Below are positions 1-12,724 of a stretch of 64,000 nt of DNA, piece after piece. The DNA is taken from NCBI GenBank assembly GCA_002269645.1, contig NIVC01001063.1, positions 1 through 64,000 of the forward strand. Reading direction: 5' to 3'. Under the pieces are notes generated by a model. The model had not been told where the DNA came from and did not search any database. It was given only the letters and a program-made list of their open reading frames with translations. This DNA comes from Macrostomum lignano. Its lineage: Eukaryota. The first letter of the stretch is position 1, and every line of letters begins with the position of its first letter. The translations under genes and the position numbers were made by a program.

Positions 1-300
1 AGTACTGAAGTGCTGGAAGAGATCATGGAGCACCTTAAAAATTGACCCGTACGCGCTGCAGCGGTTCGCCAAGCTCACAGTGTACAGTCACTCCACAATG
101 GGCAACATTGTGCGCGAGAACTGGGCCTATCTGGCCCGAAATTTGGCCTCCGACATCGCGGTATCCTCGGCCTGTGGCTGGGCGTGTCCATTATCAGCAC
201 CTTTGAATTCTTTGAGCTTTTCATTCAACTGTTCAGTGTGAGGCGGAAGGAGAATCAGCAACTGCAAGCAGCATCTGCAGCAGACGCTGAGCTGGCATAG
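1..300 (+). CDS. DEG/ENaC-family sodium channel, C-terminal part (pre-M2/TM2), with two apparent 1-nt indels
   Basis: Reading across indels near 40 and 160 gives ...IDPYALQRFAKLTVYSHSTMGNIVRENWAYLARNLASDIA-GILGLWLGVSIISTFEFFELFIQLF...AELA*. This matches the ENaC TM2 pattern SDIGGxLGLWLGxS with a GxS filter (GVS); stop TAG at 298-300. Confidence 0.75.
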
Positions 301-2093
301 GCATCTGGACAATACTGAGTTGGTCGGCTTTTATGTTCTACTATTTTCTGACACAAAAACTTAAACCTCTGAAGTCGGTACTTTATTTAGTAGCATTATA
401 AAAGCATAAAAAATCACGACCAACAAGTATTTTCAAGTAAATATGCACAAAAACTATATGACTAAAATTCACACCATTTCCTATCGATATTGCGAGCATG
501 CATCCCAGTATATAACACTCATTGCACCCCAGTATATAAACTTTTATTGTTGTTCATTGCAATTAAAAACAATGTGTGCTGCATTGTACTGAAGCAGTCA
601 GTTTTATGCCCAGTAACTAGCTACAATAAAATCCCATTTTAACCATTGTCTCAACATTAGGAGGCCATTGACAATATCCTTGCACTTGTGCTTTGGTATG
701 AATGAAATGTTTTCAAAGAGAATTTATTTACAACACCACTGTTTATTAAATGGCATTGGTGAAATCATAGTTAAGCAAAAAACTATGCAGACATAGCAGC
801 TTGTCTTTGCTTTATTGCTATGCCATAACTATGCCTGTATTCAATTGAAAGCCTTAAATAAATTATTGTTAGACAGTTTTGGTTTGTATTAGAACTGATG
901 TGCAAACTATACTACTTTCAAAGATACCAATGCTTATAAATAAAAGCTTATCTAATAAAGCTATAGTAGGTAAATGAGAAAATGCAAATTTTGAAATAAA
1001 TGAAATTAGATTGCCATTTCAGTAAAAATTTCAGTATCAAGTCTAATAAAAACAATTTAAAGATCATAATCTATTTAGTCAATATGGTCCATTGTGTTAT
1101 ATATGAGTTTAAATCAAAATGTTTAGGTCTTTATTTTAATCACAACAGAATAGATATTTATGAATAAATAAATCCATATACTAATTTATATCTAATATTT
1201 TTAGTATACATCAACTATTCAGTCTGAGGCAAATCATATCAATACTACACAAAACAGTTGCCATCAAATTACTTTTACTTAATAGAAAGTCAACATATTT
1301 TTAATATCGAATTCTTTAAAAACTGTTCAGAAGTGCATTTAAAATACTATAACTATTGATACTAATTTATTCATCTATAATGTAACTGAATTCAATACAA
1401 TCTATGAAATATATTTTATGATACAATACTTGAAAGGTCGAGTAATAAAAGTACAAGTAGGAACCTAGGAGCTACTTGCTTACTCTGGTAAAATTAATGA
1501 CTAGTAATGACCCAATTCTCTATCTTTTATACTTGATAACATTGTTTAAACAATTAAAATATATAACAAAAAAGCCTAAAAGGTAAGCAATCATGACTGT
1601 TTGGATTGACTAAGTTAACTAAGTCATATGTAACTTGTATCAATTGGTACATGCCAGATAGAACTACTATTGTGGTAGAGTTGGTCGCTTAATTAATAGC
1701 AAATAAATAAAGCTTAAAATCAACATTGACTGCAATTTTCCCTTTGATAAAGAGGTGAGTCCACATTTGATAAAGAGGTGAACAATTTGATTAGAGGATT
1801 TTCAGCATGAATGGATACCCTAACAATTTCATTAGTTGTTTAATTTTCAGGTTTGTCACTGATAAGGTTACTAGCAGGTTGCAGCAGAATCATGGTGAAA
1901 AGCTGGATGACCCTATAATGATCTTGTCTTTCAATGGTATCCTATCTAACTTGTTGAAAAAGAAACTTGAGAGATATTTTTGGAAATAGTGGAACACTAC
2001 GTTCGTGGAACACTACACTTTGAGGATATATTTCAATCCTTGTATTAATTAGGATTGTTTTTGCATTTAGTCAATGTGGGTCAATTTGTTAGC

Positions 2094-2423
2094 AAGCTCA
2101 AGTCCTATGTTCCTCATGCTTTGGCTGCAGGTGTTATGTATAAATTTTGTTGTTCTGATGATCAGAATATCTTATACATGGGAAAAACGAAAAGGCACCA
2201 ATGTTAGGAAGCATTGGCTAAAGAAATCTGCAATCTAGGACCACCTTCTGGAGTGCAAGAGCTGCTGTGACAGAGAACAGATTGAGCTTTTAAGATTATT
2301 GATTGTTCCAATTCTGAATTCAAGCTTGGCATTCTGCAAGCACTGCATTTCAAGGCTCAAAACCCAAGCCTCTATGTGCAGCTGTTGCATAGTGGTGCGG
2401 GTCACCTTCTTAGGGTGTTTTGA
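2094..2423 (+). pseudogene. GIY-YIG endonuclease remnant (Penelope type)
   Basis: KLKSYVPHALAAGVMYKFCCSDDQNILYMGKTKRH../VRKHWLKKSAI*DHLLECKSC...FKIID...LGILQALHFKAQNPSLYVQL...LRVF*; one frameshift and one stop. Confidence 0.75.
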
Positions 2424-2606
2424 GATTGACCAGTTCTTTGCATGTACATTTTATTTTTCCTTCTCTCACTCTCTCTTCTTGCTTAACTTCAACCCTCAGT
2501 TTTTTATGTTCTTTTGTATATTTTTTATCTTCCATTTTCAATTTGACACTATATAGTACAATTGTTTATTTATATTAAGTGTTTGGTTGATTGATAAATA
2601 ATATAC

Positions 2607-2635
2607 CTTGATCATGGCCCTAGTGGGTTGAAACA
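2607..2635 (+). ncRNA. Degenerate minimal hammerhead ribozyme-like motif
   Basis: CTTGATCA-T-GGCCC-TAGT-GGGTT-GAAAC resembles CTGANGA-stemII-GAAAC and lies at the 3' end of a Penelope-like element. The core is imperfect. Confidence 0.4.
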
Positions 2636-2906
2636 CATTGGTTTTTGCAGTCAATGTTCATTTAGAACTACTATTGTACTGGGCACTCTTGAACTACAAA
2701 TGCATTTTACCTACAAGGTTTGTTGAGTCATCCAATATATTTCATTCTTTGTTTTTGTTCATTTGAATCACCCTTACATATATGATAAGTACACCTAAGC
2801 CAATTAGCTTAAGCCCTATTTTTATTGTTTTTTAGCCTCCAAAATAATTGGCTCTATTTATGAAGCAATGATTGGCTAACTCTGCTTTATGATTGGCTAG
2901 TAAGGG

Positions 2907-3166
2907 AGGCTCTTCATATTGCTTGTTCTGGTTCTAGAACCAGAACCAATTTGTAAAGTATAATTTTTTGTCTCCTTAACTAGTGGGATATACCTGCTAT
3001 AAACTCTTAATTATTGAATGAAAATTGCCAAGAAGAAAGTTAAAAATTTTGCAAAGTAAGGCTGTTAAAGGCAGTCAAATATCAACAGAGTTAAATAGTT
3101 ATACTGCTGTTTTTCTTGGAAGATCCGAACTGATTCTGGTTCTGGAATTGGTAATGTGAAGAGTCT
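2907..3166. mobile_element. Possible old MITE
   Basis: AGGCTCTTCATATT (2907) versus AATGTGAAGAGTCT (3153-3166), with internal inverted GGTTCTGG/CCAGAACC motifs; no clear TSD. Confidence 0.3.
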
Positions 3167-4989
3167 TAGGGTTGATTAGGTTAGGATGGACTCTGAGCAT
3201 ACTTTTTCTTTGTATGATGAGGCTATGAAATAAACATAGTATTGCTTGCTTGCTCTTATATATTAATGCCAGCTTTGACTAATGCTAGCTCTTTATTGTT
3301 AATAAGTGCATTTGCCTTGCTTTCTATAGCTTTACTATATTTATAGTCATAATTTTTCTCATAGTCTATCTATAATGGTTCTATCTTATCTACCTATAGT
3401 TAATTGATTTCTAATAACTTCCAATAACTTTTAATGATACTAAATCCAATGGCAATAGTATAATTTTAATATATCACATAAGAATACACAAGAAGAATGC
3501 ACAAGAAGAATGCTTCTTATTGCATAAGAAGAATGGCTAATATTACATTTATCCTAACTTCAACCCTTACTATACTAACCAAAAATGCATATGTGGCATA
3601 GAAAATATATTGCTTGAGTCCTTGACTATAGAGATTAAGGACTACTTTAGGCCTTTGTATTGAAAAAATATATTTATAACTTTAACCCCTATTACCTAGA
3701 TTAATAGGGGTTATATAGATTAATAGATTACAATGTGCACATAGTACTATAAATTTTTATTGTGAGTTCCTAAATCTAGGGACTTAGGAGCTCTTTTTGA
3801 AGTGAGAATTTAAACATTAACCTTAAATTTAGCCTTTATCACTTTATATATGCAATGTGCACATGGCTCTGTTACTAGAGTATCTAACCTTAAGGACTTA
3901 AGAGCTCCATTTGCATTAAAAATTAAAATATTAATTTTGACTTTAGCCTACTATATATTCTATTTACACAATGTGCACTTAAAGTGAAAAATCTATTGCT
4001 TTAGTCCTAAACCCCAAAAACTTAAGAGTTACCCTAGAAAAACTCAGTATAAATTGCAATTAAAAACCAAAAGTTCCTCAATACCTAAGGTATACAATTA
4101 ATGATTTACACACTTAATTTAATTTATCAAAAACATAGGTCTATAGCAAGCATTCTTAGAAATTATTTTCTTTTGGTTTTTGATGGCAGTCTTTAATGCC
4201 TTTCTTATCTAAAGTATTACCCTTGTAACTACTATTTGACTTTGATCTTTGGCAAATAGCTAAAAATCATAAAAGGTGAGGTTAGATAAATAGTGTTAAC
4301 TTAACTATAATAGACTTCTTTCTTTTCGTCTTAAAAATAATTTGCTATTACTTCTTTATTATTTTAATTAAATGCTTTGTATAATCCATACATCTAATTA
4401 AAAAAAGTTATTAAGATAATTTATATAGATACTTAAGTTTTTGTATAGTCTTAGATTCTACAAGCAATCTAGTGCCCCCTTTTAGGATGCCCAATAAGCA
4501 AAGAATGAAAATTTATGAGAATCCTTTAAAATGAAAAAAATTAAAAGCATTCTTAATTTAGTTTAGTAAATCACCTTTACTTAAATAAAATTGTTCAGAA
4601 TTAAAAAAATGAAAAAAACTATATGTAGGTAGCTTTAGACCTCAAGCTTGATATCTTAGTAATTCCCCTTGTTAAGCCTTGATATCTCAACAATTCTCCC
4701 ACTAAGCCTTAACATCTTAGAAACCCCCTAGTAAGCCTTGAAATCTTAGCAATTCTTCCAGTGAACCTTGAACTTTGAGCATTTTTAATAAGCTTTACCA
4801 TTTTAGCCATTCCCCCAGAAAGCCTACCTAATATCTCAGCAATCTAAAGTCCCCATTTAAGGTGGCCAATAAGTGAAGAAGAAAAATTATTACCTTATTC
4901 AAGTAAAATTGTTAGACAAAGATGTTTATTATAAATCTCTTTTTTTCAAAAACACAAGGATACAACAAAAATAGCAAGCCTTCATAAAA

Positions 4990-5400
4990 ATAGTGGGCAC
5001 TTTTCCTAAATAGAAAACATCTCCCAGACAACAAATATCCCCCAAATAGCAAGCATCTCCCAAAAGCAAGCAATCCCAAATAGCAAAAATCTATTAAAGC
5101 ATCTCCTAGATAGCAAGCATCCTTTAACTAAATAGCAAGCATCTCCTTATTAGCAAACATCTTGTAAATAGCAAGCGTCCTTAAATAGTAAGCAACTCCC
5201 AAATAGCAAGCATCCCTAAATAGCAAAGCATCTTTACTAATCGCAAGCAAATTAGATAGCAAGCACATTCCAAATAGCAAGTATTTCTAAATAGCAAAGT
5301 ATCTCTTTTGATAGTATGCACCCCAAATAGTAAACATTCCCTAATAGCAAATATCCCTAGAATAGATAGCAACCCTGGCAAGTCTAGCAAATATTTCATG
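4990..5400. repeat. Degenerate tandem repeat, core AAATAGCAAGCATC
   Basis: About 18 diverged units of roughly 17-22 bp. Confidence 0.7.
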
Positions 5401-6035
5401 GATAGCAAACAGGCCTAGTGTAACTAGTGTTAAGTGTAATAATCTTTTATTATTAATCATTTCTTTTTGCTATGCCTTTCTATTATGGCAAATGGCCATT
5501 ATTGAAAATAATGTCTAGCATGAGCCCTTAGTAGTGCAGATATACTCTAGAAAGCTAGCACAATTAGGTATAGGAAAGGGGGGTATCTGGTGCAGTTTAG
5601 ATCAGTGGTTCTTAACCTTTTTAGGCGACCTTAATTTATTCACTTGCATCATTTTTTATGTTTGCAACCCCTTTTATAATCAAAATAATGCATCATTAAA
5701 TATAACATGCTCAATATACTCAACATACTTTCACCTTTGTCAGTTTCTATGTCTTACAACTATTTTAAGTAGTGATTGTCTTTGTTTGAGGTGATCATAA
5801 ACCAAAGGAATGTTGCAATTCCTATCCCCTAAGTTTTGATATCTCAATAATTCTCTCATAAGCCTTGCCATCTTAATTATCACTTTCAAGCTTTGACTAA
5901 GGGTCAAACAAGATCTCAATTTTAATCCTAATTGTCAAGATCTTGGCACTTTTTTCAATCTCAATCTCAGTTTCAAGATTTCCAAAAAAGTCAAGATTTG
6001 TAACTATGTGACTTTAAGTAACTATAATTATAATC

Positions 6036-6415
6036 TGGGTTTTTGGGCCATATGGGATTTTTGGCCCTTGAAAATCTCTTTGGCAACCAAATTTTTGTTA
6101 TCAGAGGCCAATCTGGCAACTTCATTTTTCCTGTACCAGTTGCCAATTTCAAAAAATTGATTTTGTAAATATAATAAAAGTGCCATATGAATCAATATGA
6201 TGGAATTGTTACTTTGTTATTATTTGCAATATAGATAGCAATCTTAGAGTTAAAAGAACAAATTTCTGCTTTTTAAACATAGCCTTGGAAATATCTATCC
6301 TCAAGAATTTGGCTAGTAGCCAATGCTAATGGGCAACCAAAAATAGCCATTGGCAACTGGATTTTGAGCCCCAAGGGCCAGCTAGCAACTGGATTTCCAA
6401 CCTTAAAAAACCTAG
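6036..6415 (+). repeat. ~380-bp dispersed repeat, copy 1 (inverted partner at 7950-8345)
   Basis: Colinear with the reverse complement of 7950-8345, e.g. ATCAGAGGCCAATCTGGCAACTTCATTTT and CCTTGGAAATATCTATCCTCAAGA; differences are mostly transitions. Confidence 0.8.
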
Positions 6416-7089
6416 ATTGTAATATTATAATATTTATATTTAATATATATCAAGTTACTAATATTAACAAGCTCAATAGGGCCTATCATATATTAATTTT
6501 TTTCTACTATCATCATTGTATAGCTTATTTAACACATTTAACAAATAATAATATTAGCATTATTGCCAAATTGGTTAGTGTAGTAGTGCTTCAATACTGT
6601 ACAAATATTGAGCAATAAAGGTATGTTTTCTTAGAAACCAAACTCGTGTGAAATATGAGATAAATATTTTGTTTTACTGTACCAAATATTTTGTTTCACT
6701 GTTCAATCTAAACCTTGTAAAGTCTTTCGAGTTGAATAGTGACTTATTCATTTGCAAAGTCTGAGAAACAATTCAAAGAGATTTGCTAAGAAAAGGGAAT
6801 CAGGGAATAATTCGCAGAAGTATTACGAGAGGCACCGTGACCCTCTAGTCTCGGTAACACCCGATTAGGACTATTCACTAATACATATACCAGTACTATA
6901 GACCGCTCAGGCCATAAGCTACCAGAATGCTACCAGAAAGCAAGCCATAAGCTACCAGAACACTACCAGAAAGCAAGCCATAAGCTACCAGAAACGCTAC
7001 TAAGAACGCTACCCAGAAATATTTAAATGAAATTCTAAGAAATAGTTAGGGAGTAAAAACAAGTATAATCAGGATAACTATAGGAATAA

Positions 7090-7620
7090 CCCCTGTAAAA
7101 ACTTGGTGGCAGTTAGTGAAGTTAGTTGGAGGACAGAAGAAAAAGCCCTGTTACAACTTTGGTGGCATAACGGTGGAATTTTATAGAGAGCCAAAACGCC
7201 TGTTACAACTTTGGTGGCATAACGGTGGAATTTTATAGAGAGCCAAAACGCCTGTTACAACTTTGGTGGCATAACGGTGGAATTTTATAGAGAGCCAAAA
7301 CGCCTGTTACAACTTTGGTGGCATAACGGTGGAATTTTATAGAGAGCCAAAATGCCTGTTACAACTTGGTGGCAGTGGTGGGATTTTCTAGAGAGAGCTG
7401 AAAGGCCTAGCACAACTTTGGTAATAGCAGTGGGATATTATTAAGAAGTAAGTCTCCCCTATGACAACTTTGGTGGCAGCAGTGGGATCTAATATTGTAC
7501 AAGAAAACCCCTTACCACAACTTTGGTGACTCAGCGGTGGGATTTTCTAGAGAGAGCTGAAAGGCCTAGCACAACTTTGGTAATAGCAGTGGGATATTAT
7601 TAAGAAGGAAGTCTCCTCTA
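7090..7620 (+). repeat. Array of ~10 units (~52 bp), each ACAACT(T)-TGGT...GTGG(G/A)AT (PBS-like) plus a variable spacer
   Basis: TGGT cores at about 7104, 7160, 7212, 7264, 7316, 7367, 7419, 7471, 7524 and 7578. Units at 7147-7354 are four near-identical 52-mers. 7367-7385 is an 18/19 match to TGGTGGCAGCGGTGGGATT, the complement of a tRNA-Leu 3' end. Confidence 0.8.
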
Positions 7621-7949
7621 CGACATTAGCACCTGATAAAATTATGTAAATTATAAAATAGGTTTAGGCCTACTAGATACTAATTAGGCTTACTTTTGAT
7701 CAAATCTCAATTCTCTGTTAGTCATTTCTCAAAAGCATTAAGACTAGTCTTAACAACATAAGTTTGAAGGGTTAATTCTTAAGACTGTCTCAGAAACCCC
7801 AAAAATGCAATAGGCCTATTGTCCAATCTCTAGGTTTGACATCTTAGCAATTCTCCTTATAAACTTTGATTTCTTAGCAATTTATCCATTTTTTAAGCCT
7901 TGATATTTTAGTGTTTCCTTAAGCCTAGATATATTTAACTTTAGGTGCC

Positions 7950-8345
7950 TAGCTAGGTTTTTTAAGATTGGAAATGCAATTGCCAGCTGGCCTTGGGGCT
8001 TAAAATCCAGTTGCCAATGGCTATTTTTAGTTGCTTATTGGCAACTAGAAACTAGCAAAACTCTTGAGGATAGATATTTCCAAGGCTACATTTGAGAAGC
8101 AGAAATTTGTTCTTTCAACTGTTAAGAGTGCTATCTATGCTGCAAACAATAACAAAATAACAATTCTATCATATTGATTCATATGGCACTTTTATTATAC
8201 TTACAAAATCATTCTTTGAAATTTGCAACTGGCACAGGGAAAATGAAGTTGCCAGATTGGCCTCTGATACCTTGTACCAAAAATCCAGTTGCTAATGAGA
8301 TTTTCAAGGGGCCAAAAAACCCCATATGGCCTGTAAAACCAGCCT
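7950..8345 (-). repeat. ~380-bp dispersed repeat, copy 2
   Basis: Reverse-complement homolog of 6036-6415. Confidence 0.8.
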
Positions 8346-9924
8346 AAGCCTAGCAATTCTCCATAGGCAAGCATAAGCCTTGCCATCTTATCTTAACAAT
8401 GAGCAATCCCCCAAGGCCTAAGTCTGGCCATCTTAGCAATTCTACTTAAGCCTTGTTCTCTCAGCAATTTGCCCAAGCTGAAATCATTGCAATGGCTACC
8501 AGTCACCTTGGTGACAAGACATTTTGGTGATAGACATTTTGGCGACAAGATGTTTTGGCAATAGTCACTTCAAGACAATGTTAGGCCATTTTGGCAAATT
8601 TTCCAGTATAACTAATTTATGGCCTCAGGCTTGGACCTGGACTAATTGTCATTTTGATATTTGCTAATTTATGGAATGGGCTATCCATTTTATGGACTTT
8701 AAGCAAACTTGAAATTTAAAGTATTAAAATCAATAAAAAGTTCTAGATTGGATATTGGTTTGGGTCCAAGTCCATATAATACAGTCCAAAAATTAGTTTG
8801 CAGAATTCTTCAAAGTAGATTATTTTAACAAAATAAAGAAGCAGCTGCTACTTGATACTTCAATAGTCTAATTACTTTATAACCTCTTTATTATACAATA
8901 TTAATATATTTTATATTGACTTATTGAATTGAAAATTGATACATTTTCTAACTGTTCTAATGAAGTGCATGGCTGCAGACTTTTATTTTCATTATAGTAT
9001 TTAAGTAAAAAATGATCATCTTTGTGATTTTATTTATATAGTCTATTTTAACCTTGGAATAAATGAAAAATTATATAAATTGTTTGTTAAATCAAGACTT
9101 ATTCTTAATCTCATACTCATATTTAGCTTTTGCCAAAATGTCTAACTCTTTGTCTGGTAGCTGTTGTATTCTCCCATAAGCCTTGACATCTAGACTAGAG
9201 ACTAGAATATGCATAGACCTATATATGCTCATATCATATGACATATATGAAATTTGATCGAATAGGCCTAGCCTAGGTAGTAGATAAGGTCACTATATAG
9301 ATAGCCACTACATAGATAGCTGCAATAGATAGTCATACTCATAGGTTTATGTTCTATAACAGATATACAAATAAAAAATTGTAGACTGTATGCCTGGCCT
9401 GTAGTAATAGCTACACTATATTATGTCAAGTTAATCATAACTAGGAAATCTGAAACTAGAAAGAGTGCCTAGGGGGCTACAACTATAGAAGGATATAAAT
9501 GCATAAATATTATAGTTATAGCAGTAGTAGTAGTATTAGTAGTAAAGTAGTAGTAAGTTTAGCTTAGGCAAGAAGCCTGTTTAGCTAGTATACATCAGTG
9601 TATTTAATTAAAATTTAAGAGTAGATTATTGCAAGAGCTTTGCAATAATATAGTATTTGAAAGAGGTCTTGGTATTTTGCAGCCCAGCCTAGCCCAGGAC
9701 CATGGCATTGTTACTTTAGTTTTTAACTTAATTTAAAGAATAGAGTATCAGAAATTCATTAAATTGACAATTAATATTTTACAACATAGTAAACTCATAA
9801 TTGACTTTAAAAATATGTGGCTTTCTGGTCAATATTTTTTGTTTTACTAATTTACTAAAATAGATTTACATCAGTTAAATAGGGGCTACCTGGGACAGGC
9901 TAGGCCATGAATTACTAGTGGTAA

Positions 9925-10520
9925 CCTATCCATTTTGGCGACACCCATTTTATCAATAGGCAATTCGGCAACAATCATTTTGGCAACAAATACAGGCCTA
10001 ATAGAAAAATAACAAGTATCTTCCTCTGGGCGGAGTACGAAGCTGGCACCAGAACTTTTAAGGCATTGCTGCTTGCATGCAGTGGCATGAATGCCCCTGT
10101 GGCCATGGAAGAGTAAACATCATACACAAATTGTAATTCAAATGGATTAACATTTAAAGTCCTCTACAAGCTTTTTTCTCGTTTCTTAAGAACATTAATT
10201 TCTTCTTGTAATTCATTCATTTTACTGTACTTTTGGTGTCCAAGCATTCATCAGTGTCTAGGTTTTATTATACTGTCAACGCATTGATTAAGTTTTACAT
10301 TAAAAATTGTTTTAACATAGTTTTAACAAAGCTTGTAAAGTTTAATGTAAAGTTTTACACTATAATTCATTTTAATAACATTTAAACAAATGTTGTAAAT
10401 GTGTGTAAGTTCTGAATTTTTTTGTTGCTATGAGATAAGAATACATTCAAAATACTATTTAAGAACTGTCATCAAATTGACCTGTTGCTGAAATGTTTGT
10501 CGCCGAAATGGACTGGATTC
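9925..10520. mobile_element. Possible old non-autonomous DNA transposon with TTT(T/C)GGCGAC subterminal motifs
   Basis: TCCATTTTGGCGACA near 9930 versus TGTCGCCGAAATGGA near 10500; related motifs recur at 8500-8570; no TSD seen. Confidence 0.35.
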
Positions 10521-10974
10521 TTACTAGTCACTGGTCATATTCCATTTCGTCATATTAGATGACGAAGTGACCAGAAACAAAGTAGCTTAAAAATTATATG
10601 ACGAAGTGACCAAATATTTAGTTATGCTGGATACTTCGTCATCAACCAATCAATCTGTGTGAGATGCGAGTTAGTGTAAAGCTATTTTTTGTTTTTATTA
10701 ACTATAAGCTGCGGCAAGCAGAACCGATCGATCGACAGGTTTTATCAATCGAGATGACAAAATGACTGGGATCATTAGGATTCCAAGTAAAATTAGTAAA
10801 TATGTTTAATTGCCACATTAATTCACTTGGAAGTTAGAACTAATATGATTGGTGGATGACGAAATGACTCTCTTAAGGTAGTGCATGCTAATTAAGATGA
10901 CAAACTGACCCTAGTCGAGGTGATCATCCCAGACACCCCAGATGACAAAATGGCAGATGACGAAATGACTAGTA
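10521..10974. mobile_element. MITE-like element with GATGAC(G/A)AA(A/G)TGAC motifs, interrupted at its right TIR by Sola2
   Basis: Left TTACTAGTCA at 10521-10530. The right end is rebuilt as TGACTAGTA (10966-10974) plus A (17306) once Sola2 and one TSD are removed. About 7 internal motif copies. Confidence 0.55.
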
Positions 10975-12231
10975 GGGTCGTTCTCAAAGTTTCGACGTAA
11001 GCAGTTAAGCAAATTTTTTTTAATCCGCCTTAAATTGAGGGCTTATTTTTTCATGTGGCTCGACAATACTATTAAAAATAAACGTTTATGATTATAAACA
11101 GTCATTTTTATTTAAAATTCTTGAGTAAATGTCAAGAGTCTGCGCATCTTCGTTTTTTAATTTATTTTTTGGATTATCGCTTTATAGCGTAATACCCATT
11201 TTATAGATACAATATTTTTCTCACGTGGTCGTATCAAAAAGTAAAACTATCAAATATTATTTATATCTTGATTTCTTACAACCTGAAAGCCATTAAAACC
11301 TTTGGCTTGTTGAATTGACGTTTTTATTTTGACTTTTCTAGAAGCGTGACACTGTATGGGATGAAAAAAACTAACTTTCAGTTCATTCGTTCAGCTGATA
11401 GAATCAAAAGAGAGGTGTGTTTTCATCTGTTATTAAGAAAGATGGTCACAATTTACAATATAGTATCAAATTATTCAGTGTCATTTAAAATTGTAAGAAT
11501 TATGTTAATTAAATCACGAGTTTTTAGTTTTTCAATAGCACAAAATTAACCTAACAAATACAGATTAATCTGTCTACAATAAAACAAGCAGTACCAGAGT
11601 AGTTCTGTTTCAAAGCCTTCATCTGTGGCTTGAAAAAAAGTACTGCCTCTATGCCCCTAGTAAAGTATTAAAAAATTCTCAGCACATTGTTAGGTTTTTG
11701 GAAGGTATTTTTGTACATCTAAAATAAACTTGGCCATTTAAATGCCCAATCTGTTGATGAAAAACAACAGAATTTTACGCTTTGTACTTAAATTTATACT
11801 GATCTAATTTAAACTGGGTGTTGTTAGTTGTTTTTACTCAAAAGAAGATTTTTAGACTGATTTTTTAATATTTTATAGTACATTTTAAGTAGTCTGAAAC
11901 AAAAATTAATATGCTAAGAAGCAGGAAAGAATAAAAGATGAATAAAAATGATGCCGTGCATTTTTATAGAAATACCATGAGAAAACAGTCTTGCATCTAT
12001 GTATGAAATGATAGTTATAATTATGAAACTAATTTTCTAGAGTTTACTAAAATAACATTTCTATGCTTCTTACTTTCTAATTAGATCGATTATGCATGAT
12101 TAGTGATCTCAATTTTTAGGTAATAGATTCGGACTTTTGTTACATACCAACGACAAAAAGAAAATAGAAACATTTTTTAAAATTACTACTGGCAATGGTA
12201 AAAATAGTACATCAGAAACGAATAATTATGC

Positions 12232-12599
12232 CCAGGGACGTCGCCATGGATTCTATGGTTGAAGGGGGGGGCGAAGCCAAGAATTCAGCATGTACACGAC
12301 TAAATTTCTGCTGTATATTATTTTCGGAATGTGTTGTCAACTATCATTTAAGCGCCATAGGCACTCGTTTTAGTGCCTCAGCTGCACCACTTCAGCACTG
12401 CTGGCATTCATTTTAGAACCGCTGGCACACATTTTAGAACCACAGGATCCATTTTCGCGCCGCAGACACTATTTTTGTCGTCCTGAAGCAACATTATTTT
12501 TTTCCATAACAGGTCAACGAAGGAATGCATGGTGGGGGACAAAGCATTTTACTGGGGGCTTGTCCCCCTGCACTGCCCCCCCCGGTGGCGACGCTACTG
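12232..12599. mobile_element. hAT-like MITE nested in Sola2
   Basis: CAGGGACGTCGCCA (12232) versus TGGCGACGCTACTG (12586-12599); flanking 8-mers ATTATGCC / ATAACGCC match at 6 of 8 positions. Confidence 0.55.
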
Positions 12600-12724
12600 A
12601 TAACGCCACATCAAGTATTAAAAATTTATCCACATCAGCTCACTGCTTGAAGCTTAAACGTAGATTTATGTCAATAAGTCTAAGAAGTTAAATCTCAAAA
12701 CCTATACATTTATCAAATAAATAA

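Larger units (their letters stand above)
1640..2660 (+). mobile_element. Degenerate Penelope-like retroelement, 3' remnant
   Basis: NGYPxNFI motif at 1810 (typical just after the PLE RT thumb), followed by a broken GIY-YIG domain (2094-2423) and a hammerhead-like motif near 2610. Confidence 0.7.

Noticed and set aside
7090-7620. CRISPR array
   Set aside because: Eukaryotic context, no cas genes, the constant part varies, spacers recur, and the core matches a tRNA PBS better.
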